Positions 37,971-46,662 of a DNA stretch of 64,000 nt are shown piece by piece; within the stretch, counting starts at the first letter, position 1; every line of letters starts with the position of its first letter. A program made the translations under genes and the position numbers. This DNA comes from an uncultured Candidatus Saccharibacteria bacterium (GTDB lineage Bacteria; Patescibacteriota; Doudnabacteria; UBA920). The stretch covers positions 6,501 to 70,500 of the forward strand of contig CAZYQT010000004.1 in the NCBI GenBank assembly GCA_964650255.1. Reading direction: 5' to 3'. The notes under the pieces were generated by a model, which worked only from the letters and a program-made list of their open reading frames with translations, was not told where the DNA came from and searched no databases.

Positions 37971-38945
37971 TTAGTGCCAGCTGGTTTTAACAATTGTTTC
38001 CAAGTCCGAATATTGGGGTGCAAAGCCTAGCTCTTTTTTTATTTTGGTATTATCTGCTACTGCGATAGCTACATCCACTGGTCTCCTGCCCACAAAACTT
38101 ACAGGCAACTTCTTGCCAAGATGTTTTTCAGTTGCAGCAATTACTTGTTTTACAGACCAGCCGGTACCTGTGCCAATGTTATACAATTTAAATTTGTGTT
38201 CTGAGGTTTCAAACAAATATTTTACTGCACTAACAATTGCTTCAGCAATATCTAAAACATGGATATAGTCTCTCACCCCACTGCCATCGATGGTATCGAA
38301 GTCTGTTCCGTAAACGGTTAGTTGTGGAACCTTCCCATTTAGTACATTAGCTATGCTGCTAAACAAACTGCTTTCATGTTTAGAGTAAATCTGTTTGTCG
38401 AAATCTGAGCCGCTGGCATTGAAGAAGCGGAAAGCAACTGCTCGTAAATCCGTAGCTTGGGTAAAACTTTCAATGATTTTCTCTGCCAATAATTTAGATT
38501 GGCCGTATGGAGCCAGATTCTCACCGAGCGCTGATTCAGGAATCGGGCTAGTTTTTTGCACTCCGTATACAGCGGCCGTAGATGCAAACACGATCTTCTT
38601 AATTCCTGCATCCATAATGCTTTCAAGTAAGTGGGCGGTTTTAACTGTATTAGTATCAAAATATTCTAAAGGCTTTTCCAGAGACTCATTGAGATCGATT
38701 TTGGCTGCTAAATGAATAACAGCACCAATGTTGTAATTACTAAAAATTTTCTGCAGCATTTTCGGATCTGCAAAATCTCCTTTAAAAAATATGGTAGCCT
38801 TGTTTAAATTCTCCCTTTTTCCTGATGATAAATCATCGACAACCACGGGAACAAAACCAGCCTTGTTCAATGCCCGAACAACATGGGCCCCAATATATCC
38901 GGCCCCACCGGTTACGAGAATATGCGACTGCTCTAAGTTTGTCAT
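37971..38945 (-). CDS. galE: UDP-glucose 4-epimerase
   Basis: TGGAGYIG, STAAVYG, YGQSK, RDYIHVLD. Confidence 0.92.
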   Translation of the reverse strand: MTNLEQSHILVTGGAGYIGAHVVRALNKAGFVPVVVDDLSSGKRENLNKATIFFKGDFADPKMLQKIFSNYNIGAVIHLAAKIDLNESLEKPLEYFDTNTVKTAHLLESIMDAGIKKIVFASTAAVYGVQKTSPIPESALGENLAPYGQSKLLAEKIIESFTQATDLRAVAFRFFNASGSDFDKQIYSKHESSLFSSIANVLNGKVPQLTVYGTDFDTIDGSGVRDYIHVLDIAEAIVSAVKYLFETSEHKFKLYNIGTGTGWSVKQVIAATEKHLGKKLPVSFVGRRPVDVAIAVADNTKIKKELGFAPQYSDLETIVKTSWH

Positions 38946-39041
38946 ACAGGTAATATAACAAAAAACACCCCTTCACTCCATAAGGAGCGAGGGGTGAGTT
39001 TTGAATTTAGGGGCCCGGTTAGGGGTCTGTCAACAAACTGA

Positions 39042-41099
39042 TTAAGCGAAGATAAACTTGAAGATTGAATTACGCTTACGCATAACTACGAATCCAGCAG
39101 TTACAAGACCTGCGAAAGTTACAGCAGAGGTACCTGCAGCACCTGTCTTAGGGGCTTGGTAAACTTTTTCACCAGGAACATTAATTACAATGGTGTTACC
39201 ATATGTATTACGTAATTGGTAAGAAAGGTTTTTGTCCAAAGTTTGCTTAATGCGAACCTTGAAAGTCTTCGTTACGGTTTCACCTTCGTGGATAGTCATG
39301 GCTGGGAAATTAATCCAATTGCCAGAGATCGTACCACCGTTGGTGGAAACTATATCAGCTAACGGTAACACCTGAGACAAGTCGTCTTCGAAGCGGTAGT
39401 TAGTTTCATCAGCAGAACCGTTATTGGTAGCCACTAAAGTGTAAGTAATGTAGTCGCCACGACCAGCATTTACCGATGTAGCGTCAACATTCTTAGTGTC
39501 GTTCCAAGCACGCTTGGAGATAACAATTTTCGGAGTACCTGGGTTTGTGTTCTTTACAACCACTTTAACACAAGCGTCGTCTTCTACTTGGCTAACATTG
39601 TTAGCAGTAGCTTTGGCAGTGTTACAGATAGTAGTTGAATGATCAGCATCAACTTTAGCGCGGAATTCTACAGTCTTGCTAGAGTTTGCAGAAATAGAAC
39701 CAAAGTCTACAGAGAAGGTGGTGCTAGAAAAACTAGGAGTACCGTCACCAGATACGTTGTCATCAAAGCGCAAGCCATCTGGAATGCGGTCAGTCATACG
39801 AACGTTAGACAAAGTAGAGTTACCAGTATTAGATACAGTGATTTTGAAAGCCACTTTATCGTTGTCGTGGGCATTAACCTGAGAATCATCATAAGAAGTA
39901 GAGTCAGTAATATTCTTCACCCACTTCTGAATTTTAATCTTTGGGTTGCTAGTACCGCGACAGTCAGTAACATTTACTTGAGCAGTATCAGATACTGCTG
40001 AACCACCATTTACTTGAGCACGAGCAGTGTTAGTCAAGGTTGTACAGTCAGATGTATTCACAGTTCCGGTGTATTTCACAATCCGAACTTCACCAGGTTG
40101 CAATGTACCCAAATTCACAGTGCCTGGCAAAGAACCAGTCCAACCAGAAATTTGAGAGTCATCAGAAATTCCAACTGTAGTAGAACCACTATTCACGGAA
40201 ATACCACTAACTCCATTGTCAGAAACAGTGACGTTAGTAGCGGCAGTAGTGCCAGTGTTAGTTACAGCAATGCGGTAACCAACACTTTCGTTGTGCTTAG
40301 CATTTACAGAATCGTAATATACAGCGCCACGACCAGTGTTTGGGTCTACTGTAAGGTTTTTAACCTTTTTTTCAATAGTTAGAGCTGGAGCAGTATCGTT
40401 AACAGCAACTACCTTAAACTTAAAAGTTAAAAATAGACTGAATTCGAAACAAGCATCCAAGTCACCAATACCATCGTAGTCTGAGTTACCAAGATTTAGG
40501 TGTTCGTAACCAGGGATTACATTACCCTGGAAGTCGTACATAGTACCGCTGTTAGGTGTCACCTGCAGCTTAGCGTTCGCTGGAGTATGTACTGTAAACG
40601 CCTTTGTGTAAGTATCCATCGGATTACCATCAGAATCCTCACCTGTGAAAGTCACCTTAATTTGATGATGACTACCTACAGTAGTGTCAGTCTGTGTAAT
40701 TACGTGGACATTGCGAGCAACTGTCTGGTCTGGGTCTAAGTTGTTTGCAGCGCCGTTGTGGATATAAATCCCAGCAGCAGCTTCATCGTTAACATTTAGA
40801 GTTAAACCATCGTTCCAATCAGCTTCAGATTGAGACCACTGAGCGTTATCTGGGTGAGCAGTTGCATCAATAGCTGGGAAGTCATGACATAACGGTGTGT
40901 TTACGTCATCGTAAGTTACAGGCCAGTAGTTGAAGGTTGGGGTGCTACGAGGATTAGGACAATCCTCAGCCAAAGTATTAGCTGCACCATGAGTAGGCGC
41001 AAGAGCCATTACAGAGGCAACAACACTAACCATTACCAGGCTCGCAAAGATGCTGCGGCGTGGTACCAAACTTGCCTTTAACATTTGCATAAATTGCAT
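39042..41099 (-). CDS. Surface protein with DUF11-like Ig repeats and PxTG sorting-like tail
   Basis: Signal peptide, three repeats (I.K.V.N...Y.I.V.N.G...D..P), APKTG + TM + RKR; AAGGAG SD supports start 41099. Confidence 0.8.
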   Translation of the reverse strand: MQFMQMLKASLVPRRSIFASLVMVSVVASVMALAPTHGAANTLAEDCPNPRSTPTFNYWPVTYDDVNTPLCHDFPAIDATAHPDNAQWSQSEADWNDGLTLNVNDEAAAGIYIHNGAANNLDPDQTVARNVHVITQTDTTVGSHHQIKVTFTGEDSDGNPMDTYTKAFTVHTPANAKLQVTPNSGTMYDFQGNVIPGYEHLNLGNSDYDGIGDLDACFEFSLFLTFKFKVVAVNDTAPALTIEKKVKNLTVDPNTGRGAVYYDSVNAKHNESVGYRIAVTNTGTTAATNVTVSDNGVSGISVNSGSTTVGISDDSQISGWTGSLPGTVNLGTLQPGEVRIVKYTGTVNTSDCTTLTNTARAQVNGGSAVSDTAQVNVTDCRGTSNPKIKIQKWVKNITDSTSYDDSQVNAHDNDKVAFKITVSNTGNSTLSNVRMTDRIPDGLRFDDNVSGDGTPSFSSTTFSVDFGSISANSSKTVEFRAKVDADHSTTICNTAKATANNVSQVEDDACVKVVVKNTNPGTPKIVISKRAWNDTKNVDATSVNAGRGDYITYTLVATNNGSADETNYRFEDDLSQVLPLADIVSTNGGTISGNWINFPAMTIHEGETVTKTFKVRIKQTLDKNLSYQLRNTYGNTIVINVPGEKVYQAPKTGAAGTSAVTFAGLVTAGFVVMRKRNSIFKFIFA

Positions 41100-41379
41100 A
41101 ATGTGTTGTTCTCCTTGCTTTAACATACTGGTTGCCCGGCATGAAAAGTTAAGATAATTAATAAATTGGTTAATAATAACCGATTCATTGAAATTTCGAC
41201 TTTTCAACAAATCCAATAAGTATACCTTATTTTATGATTTTTGTCAAGGCTATAACAGTATAATTGGTAATTTTGAAATTGATGTGAAAATCGGCTTAAA
41301 CATAGGTAATTTAGTATTTACAAGATGAGTATTGTCTGCTAAAATTGCTAGGAAATTTAACTAATAGGGGGATCTTATC

Positions 41380-41988
41380 GTGAATAATTTAAAGGGTATA
41401 GGCATAATTGGGCCGACTTGTTGTGGTAAAAATGAAGTTGCCAGCACCATCACTCGTTACATTGGCACAAGAGAAAAAACCGCGGATTATCGGCCGAGAA
41501 CATTTAGTACAAAAGATAAGTACGACGCCTTGTCTAAGGCGATTTACTATCGTAATTCTGACGAAACAGTACGCCGAGATCTTCGGCTGGCACTGGAAAC
41601 AATATCACCAGGCACCTTTGTGGGCAGTCTCTTCTATGGAGCCATGCTTTTTAAGGATAGGAGCAACGATGAACGCACGCCGGTTGCAATAATTAATTCC
41701 ATCGAAACACAGTCGCAGGCGGAACAATGGAAAGAACTTATTCCAGACTTTCATTTCATCTACGTGGAGTCGGATCTCGAAACCAGGTTGCACAATCACA
41801 ACCTCTACAGAACCGACCCACACTCTGCGGAGCAATTTCTCAAATTATGCGAAATAAACGATGATGAGAGGATCGGTGCAATGAAGGGTCTAGCCACACC
41901 GACCAACATTGCAATTAACATCGGAGTGGACACCGGACTTAAAACTCTTCGGGAAGGTGTTCATAAAATTTTAGATCGAATTCTTTAA
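41380..41988 (+). CDS. Divergent P-loop nucleotide kinase (dNMP/dephospho-CoA kinase-like)
   Basis: GIIGPTCCGKNEVA, IYVESDLETR; GTG start with GGGGG SD. Confidence 0.6.
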   Translation: MNNLKGIGIIGPTCCGKNEVASTITRYIGTREKTADYRPRTFSTKDKYDALSKAIYYRNSDETVRRDLRLALETISPGTFVGSLFYGAMLFKDRSNDERTPVAIINSIETQSQAEQWKELIPDFHFIYVESDLETRLHNHNLYRTDPHSAEQFLKLCEINDDERIGAMKGLATPTNIAINIGVDTGLKTLREGVHKILDRIL

Positions 41989-42052
41989 ATTCACACTAAC
42001 AAAAAAGGCTCGAGTGCAAATAGCGCTTGAGCCTTTTATCTTTTATTAATAT

Positions 42053-42241
42053 TTACATTGCGTGCTTCCACAAAACTCCTTTGAACTCGTTGTTCACAAT
42101 TAATGGCACGCCGGAAATAGAACGCACTTGCCGAGCAATGGTTTGCATTGGACAAGAGTGATTAATCCCAGTCTGGCAATGAGCACACAGACCTTTTAAC
42201 TGGTTAACAATATTCTTTTTTGAAATCTCTAATTCAGACAT
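42053..42241 (-). CDS. Small Cys/His putative zinc-binding protein in the lexA operon
   Basis: CAHC...HSC, 10 nt after lexA stop, AAGGA SD. Confidence 0.65.
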   Translation of the reverse strand: MSELEISKKNIVNQLKGLCAHCQTGINHSCPMQTIARQVRSISGVPLIVNNEFKGVLWKHAM

Positions 42242-42251
42242 TTTATTTCCT

Positions 42252-42863
42252 TTATTCTAAGTTACGGATTACTCCGACTACTTTTCCCTGAACCATCCAC
42301 TCCTCTTTTGGATAGATGTTTTGGTAATCAGGGTTTTCGGCCTTTAGGTACGCACGATTTTTTATTTGAACGAATCTCTTAACAGTAGCTTCGTCGTGCA
42401 GTAAAGCTACCACAATATCATTATTTTTAACCTCGCGGGTCGGACGAACAATTACCAAATCGCCTTCGTGGATGCCAGCGTTTATCATACTGTCTCCCCT
42501 AACCTTCAAAAGGAACACATCGCGCCGGCCTTTTACCAGACTTTGAGGCAGGTTAATCCACTCTTCAATATACTCTTCAGCTAAATGCGGAGTACCAGCC
42601 TGAATGGAGCCAAGTAAGGGCACGCGAACTAATCCTTTAGAGATGCTATCGGTTAAACTGTTTAGAACTGTGATTCCCCTAGCTTTGCCATTGGTGCGAA
42701 TATATCCGCCATCTTCCAAAGAGTTCAATAGCTTAGCGACCGCATTCTTAGATTTAACTTCCAAGTACTCAGCCATCTCAGAAACTGAAGGTGGCATATT
42801 GTTTTCGCGAATCTCGCGAACTATGAACTTGAGAAGCTCTTTTTGTCGATCTGTAATACTCAT
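42252..42863 (-). CDS. lexA: SOS repressor LexA
   Basis: wHTH PPSVSEMA, QAG cleavage site, VRGDSM Ser, ATVKR Lys. Confidence 0.95.
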   Translation of the reverse strand: MSITDRQKELLKFIVREIRENNMPPSVSEMAEYLEVKSKNAVAKLLNSLEDGGYIRTNGKARGITVLNSLTDSISKGLVRVPLLGSIQAGTPHLAEEYIEEWINLPQSLVKGRRDVFLLKVRGDSMINAGIHEGDLVIVRPTREVKNNDIVVALLHDEATVKRFVQIKNRAYLKAENPDYQNIYPKEEWMVQGKVVGVIRNLE

Positions 42864-42869
42864 GTCTTT

Positions 42870-42898
42870 ATAGTATACAATCGTTCACCCTGTGTCAA
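42870..42898 (-). promoter_or_regulatory. lexA promoter with candidate LexA box
   Basis: TTGACA-17-TACTAT 6 nt before ATG, overlapped by GTGAAC-GATT-GTATAC. Confidence 0.55.
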
Positions 42899-42986
42899 AT
42901 ATATAAAAAATCACTAAAAACAACAAATTTGATAAGTTATCCACAATTCCATATACTAGATAAAACCATACGTTCACGGAGGAAAA

Positions 42987-43472
42987 ATGAAACAATCAAA
43001 AGGAAAATTATTGGATGAATTTAGAAAGGGTTTTCTAAATCTGTTAGGAGACGTGTCTTTCCCCGATCGGCAAGACAAAGCTATTAGTTTTATGACACCC
43101 AGGAAACGACACCCGGCTGGTCTTAAGATGCTTAATGTCGGCAACCGATTGGCTATATTAACAATTTTAGCCAAGGAATATCCGGAAAAAAAGAACTCTA
43201 GCCAGCACATCTCTCAGATTATTATATTTCGGCGCTACATATCTTCGCACTTAAAGTACGACCAGAAACCAATTCTGCGAATGTCGAAAAACCGCTCTGG
43301 CAAAATTGGGTTTGAAGCCCAATGCCCAGATGCTACCTACTCAGTCATCAGCACCTTTCATAGCCAGAAAACCCCGCTACAACTCTGGGCTGAAGTGTTT
43401 AAGTGTTTGAAGGTGGTCTTCGAAATTCCTAACTTTGAAGGCGAAGAGCTTCTCAAAGAAATTCCACGCTAA
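42987..43472 (+). CDS. ORFan
   Basis: TTGATA-17-TATACT promoter, GGAGG SD, terminator at about 43487-43520. Confidence 0.6.
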   Translation: MKQSKGKLLDEFRKGFLNLLGDVSFPDRQDKAISFMTPRKRHPAGLKMLNVGNRLAILTILAKEYPEKKNSSQHISQIIIFRRYISSHLKYDQKPILRMSKNRSGKIGFEAQCPDATYSVISTFHSQKTPLQLWAEVFKCLKVVFEIPNFEGEELLKEIPR

Positions 43473-43525
43473 TTCCTGCAGATACTAAAGACGAACTACC
43501 TAACCAGTAGTTCGTCTTTTATTTC

Positions 43526-43762
43526 TTAACCTTGCCCCAATAGCCATTTAATAAACTTTATCAGTACATCCACCACTGTCTTTAAAACTGGTATCGAGGC
43601 TGGGAGCAAAATTATTAACAAGATTAACCAAATAAAATTGCGCTTTACAGTTTGTATAATCGAATAGACTAAAAATACAACGACTGCAATCGAAATTATT
43701 GGGTGCAAGAAGCTAGGAAAAAATCCCAAAAACTGATTATATAAATCCTGCAAAAATTGCAT
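43526..43762 (-). CDS. Small membrane protein
   Basis: Two hydrophobic helices, TAATG coupling to upstream gene. Confidence 0.65.
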   Translation of the reverse strand: MQFLQDLYNQFLGFFPSFLHPIISIAVVVFLVYSIIQTVKRNFIWLILLIILLPASIPVLKTVVDVLIKFIKWLLGQG

Positions 43763-44340
43763 TACTTTTTCTTTGGCTTATTAACCTTATCTACAATTAC
43801 AATATGTGGATAATCTGAAATATCTTTGATGAAGCGGTCAAAAGTATCGCTACGAATTTTATATTCCTCTGGGGACATAATGGTGTAGTTAACATCAAAA
43901 CCCATCATGGCTTTACACTGTTTTAAAAACACATCCAACTTCGGCAAGCTAATCTTTCCAACTAACAGCAAGTCTACTGGTAATTGCGGCTGTCCAGTGA
44001 ATGCACCAGACAAAACTGCAGCTTTTACTTCGCCCAGTTTTTGAATCGCAACAAATAATTCATCTTCGTACCCTTTTTGGTTCTTTGTTAGGGAGACTTT
44101 AATTTGCGGTAAAAGTTTGTGCCGCTGGTTTACAATGTAGAGCTTAGCCCGGTCGCGAGTAAACTGCTTTATCATGCTGTCATGCAAAAATTCGCGAAGC
44201 AGTGGAGCAAGGGTGCGATCGGTAAGGTGCAAGCGCTTAGAAAGCTCTTTTGATGAAAAGCTGCGCTGCGGGGCAAGAAGCAAAAAAGCTAACAATTCAG
44301 ACCCGTGTTTTGAGTCTAAGATATCTGCGTGTGTCATCAT
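43762..44340 (-). CDS. wHTH plus minimal nucleotidyltransferase-like protein
   Basis: N-terminal HTH; LSGAF...PVDLLLVG is a degenerate GS-x-DxD. Confidence 0.7.
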   Translation of the reverse strand: MMTHADILDSKHGSELLAFLLLAPQRSFSSKELSKRLHLTDRTLAPLLREFLHDSMIKQFTRDRAKLYIVNQRHKLLPQIKVSLTKNQKGYEDELFVAIQKLGEVKAAVLSGAFTGQPQLPVDLLLVGKISLPKLDVFLKQCKAMMGFDVNYTIMSPEEYKIRSDTFDRFIKDISDYPHIVIVDKVNKPKKK

Positions 44341-44384
44341 TAATCTAGTATATCATAAACAGACCTAGATTTTCAGACCCAATT

Positions 44385-44774
44385 CTACTTCTTTAATGTT
44401 CCAATTTTGAAATTAGCCAATTCAGCTTCGGGCTTGGGCTGGCCGTTATGCTGGCCGGAAAAAGCACTGGTTCCATCCTTACCACAAAGGCTTAGAATTT
44501 TCTGGCTACCACCTTTGTGTTTAAAAATATATTTAGTTACATCGTAAACCGATCCATTAATAACAGTCCAGCATTTTTGAGTGCTATTGGCTGCCGCAAC
44601 TTCCGCCATGGTGTATTGCTTATCCGCTGTTGCAACGTTTGAATTTGATGAGCTCTTATTAACAACTGGGGTATTCGTATTTGCAGAATTTGAGTTTGAG
44701 TTTGATGTTGCCGCTGAATTACAACCAGCTGCGAGAAGTGCTATTAAAGCAAAACTTAAAAAGTACTTTTTCAT
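44385..44774 (-). CDS. Cytochrome b5-domain lipoprotein
   Basis: Lipobox LAAGC; CWTVINGSVYDVT, HKGG (HPGG variant), CGKDGTSAF...H. Confidence 0.85.
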   Translation of the reverse strand: MKKYFLSFALIALLAAGCNSAATSNSNSNSANTNTPVVNKSSSNSNVATADKQYTMAEVAAANSTQKCWTVINGSVYDVTKYIFKHKGGSQKILSLCGKDGTSAFSGQHNGQPKPEAELANFKIGTLKK

Positions 44775-44861
44775 TGTTGTTGATATTATTCAATACCCCG
44801 CGGTGCGGGGTATTGAATAAACGGAGTAAATAAATTATGAATAAATTGAGATTGGTTTTTG

Positions 44862-45182
44862 TTACTGGCGGTCGTGCTCACCAAAGCTCTGCTGGCCATC
44901 TTCTGTGATGGTATCAGGTACAGCTGAGGGTTTAACATTTTCCCCAGTTTCGCCGGTTAACAATTCTTCCTTAACCCCATCCTGGCTCATGTAGCCGCTC
45001 TGGGTTCGGTCAAACTGTTTATCCTGCATTTGTGCTTCTGACTGTTCGCTAGTCTGCACACTCTGCAATGTAGCATCGGCAGTTGTCTGCGCATGAGACT
45101 GATAAGCTATAGTTGAAGCTGCTCCTGCGGCAATTAATGCAAACGCCGCAAGTGGTATAGTGAATTTCTGAGATAATTTCAT
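44862..45182 (-). CDS. Small secreted protein
   Basis: Signal peptide ending SHA; GAAAGGA SD; ECF-type promoter upstream. Confidence 0.65.
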   Translation of the reverse strand: MKLSQKFTIPLAAFALIAAGAASTIAYQSHAQTTADATLQSVQTSEQSEAQMQDKQFDRTQSGYMSQDGVKEELLTGETGENVKPSAVPDTITEDGQQSFGEHDRQ

Positions 45183-45237
45183 AAATTCCTTTCGTATTAA
45201 TTTTTAACTGGAACGCTCCTAGGTGTTCATCTATTAT

Positions 45238-45263
45238 TACAGCGCAACTGAAAAATTATTTCA
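45238..45263 (-). promoter_or_regulatory. ECF sigma promoter TGAAAT-N16-TGTA
   Basis: Same motif and spacing as 46590-46615. Confidence 0.7.
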
Positions 45264-45269
45264 TTATTT

Positions 45270-46022
45270 TTAAGGTCTATCATCTACATCATTATCATTA
45301 TCCTGGCGAAACATCCGCTCATCAGGCTCGAACTCGCGCACGCCAGTAGCCACTATTACATTACCGTTCCTGGTACCCAAAACAACAACTTTATCATTTA
45401 CATCAAAATCTGAACCATATGGCAACCTGGTTTGATGATTAATCATCACCTCAAAAACCTGACCATTTGGATCTTTAATAAAAAAGCTGTGGTCTAAAAT
45501 TTTGATAATCCTTCCCGGGGTAGTATTGTTTGCTGGAGCTGCCCCAAACTGAATATAAAACCGTCCTGCCACAGGCAAATTGTCATCTTGGGCTTGTTGA
45601 TACAAACCGTTGTGAATGTGGCTGCGCTCCACCAAAAGGCTACCCGCACCAACTAAAATTATTATGCCGACAACGGTATATAAAGTTGGCTTGCCGTAAG
45701 CAAAGGCGTATCTGCGTACTAATATTTGCAAAACAATAATAAACACTATTGCAAATAAAATTAGCAAAATTGGTAGAGTAGTGAACAATTCTTTGATGCC
45801 AGGGCCGCCGAAAGCCATAGCAAACCAAGCCCCATTCTGATGCAGCATAAATAGTATGAAGCTGCCTACAAAAATTGATGCCAAAACTATTAAGATCCCA
45901 CCCAACACGTAAAGCACAGCTTGCAATACAAAATGCCAGCGCGGTCGCATGTGTACCTTGCCCGCTTCTATGGCTTTGAGAATATTCTCCTGAATTGTTT
46001 TAGGGTCATTATGTTCTGACAT
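45270..46022 (-). CDS. Putative anti-sigma factor (3 TM plus extracellular OB-like domain)
   Basis: Overlaps the ECF sigma 3' end; membrane topology. Confidence 0.6.
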   Translation of the reverse strand: MSEHNDPKTIQENILKAIEAGKVHMRPRWHFVLQAVLYVLGGILIVLASIFVGSFILFMLHQNGAWFAMAFGGPGIKELFTTLPILLILFAIVFIIVLQILVRRYAFAYGKPTLYTVVGIIILVGAGSLLVERSHIHNGLYQQAQDDNLPVAGRFYIQFGAAPANNTTPGRIIKILDHSFFIKDPNGQVFEVMINHQTRLPYGSDFDVNDKVVVLGTRNGNVIVATGVREFEPDERMFRQDNDNDVDDRP

Positions 46023-46578
46023 TTGGGTGTAGTGATTGGTAAATTTTTTGGAGCATGGCTTTACCGCGGTTAATTCTTACGCCCACTGTGGAAGTTGGGA
46101 TGTGCATAATTTCGGCAATGCTTTGATAATCCAAATCTTCAAAATAATAGAGCACCAGTGGTTCACGATATTTTGGATCTAATTTGTCCAAGCATTCATC
46201 GAGCATAGTTTTTAGTTCTTGCTCATGTAGCTCTGTGTCCGGACGCTCCTTTGCAATCGGATGCGGGAAAAGTGTATCGGGGTCAAAAAAAGATAACGGC
46301 TCTCTCCCCTTTTTCTTAATCGCGTTAATAAATTCATTGTGAGCAATGCGGTAAATCCATGGAGAAAATTTTTGACTAGTATCGAAGCTCTGTAAATTTG
46401 TATATGCTTTCAAAAAAACATCCTGCACCATGTCCTGCGCATCTTCGTATCCGAACAAAAAGCGTTGCGCATAACGCTTAAGCTTGGCCTCGTATCGTTC
46501 CACCAGGGTTCCAAATTTTTGGACATCCCCTTGTTGAACTTCCAAAGCCACAGATTCATCAGTTAGTTCTTCTACCAT
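46009..46578 (-). CDS. ECF RNA polymerase sigma factor
   Basis: DMVQDVFLK, FSPWIYRIAHN region 2; YQSIAEIMHIPTSTVGVRINRGK region 4. Confidence 0.95.
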   Translation of the reverse strand: MVEELTDESVALEVQQGDVQKFGTLVERYEAKLKRYAQRFLFGYEDAQDMVQDVFLKAYTNLQSFDTSQKFSPWIYRIAHNEFINAIKKKGREPLSFFDPDTLFPHPIAKERPDTELHEQELKTMLDECLDKLDPKYREPLVLYYFEDLDYQSIAEIMHIPTSTVGVRINRGKAMLQKIYQSLHPNVRT

Positions 46579-46589
46579 CCTAGTAATAA

Positions 46590-46615
46590 TACAACAAACT
46601 TCTGAGTTTATTTCA
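46590..46615 (-). promoter_or_regulatory. Autoregulatory ECF promoter TGAAAT-N16-TGTA
   Basis: 11 nt upstream of the sigma ATG; resembles the B. subtilis SigW consensus TGAAAC-N16-CGTA. Confidence 0.7.
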
Positions 46616-46662
46616 AGGCTTGGTAGATTTTACAGACCCAAAAGTGGTATAATGATGGCAAT

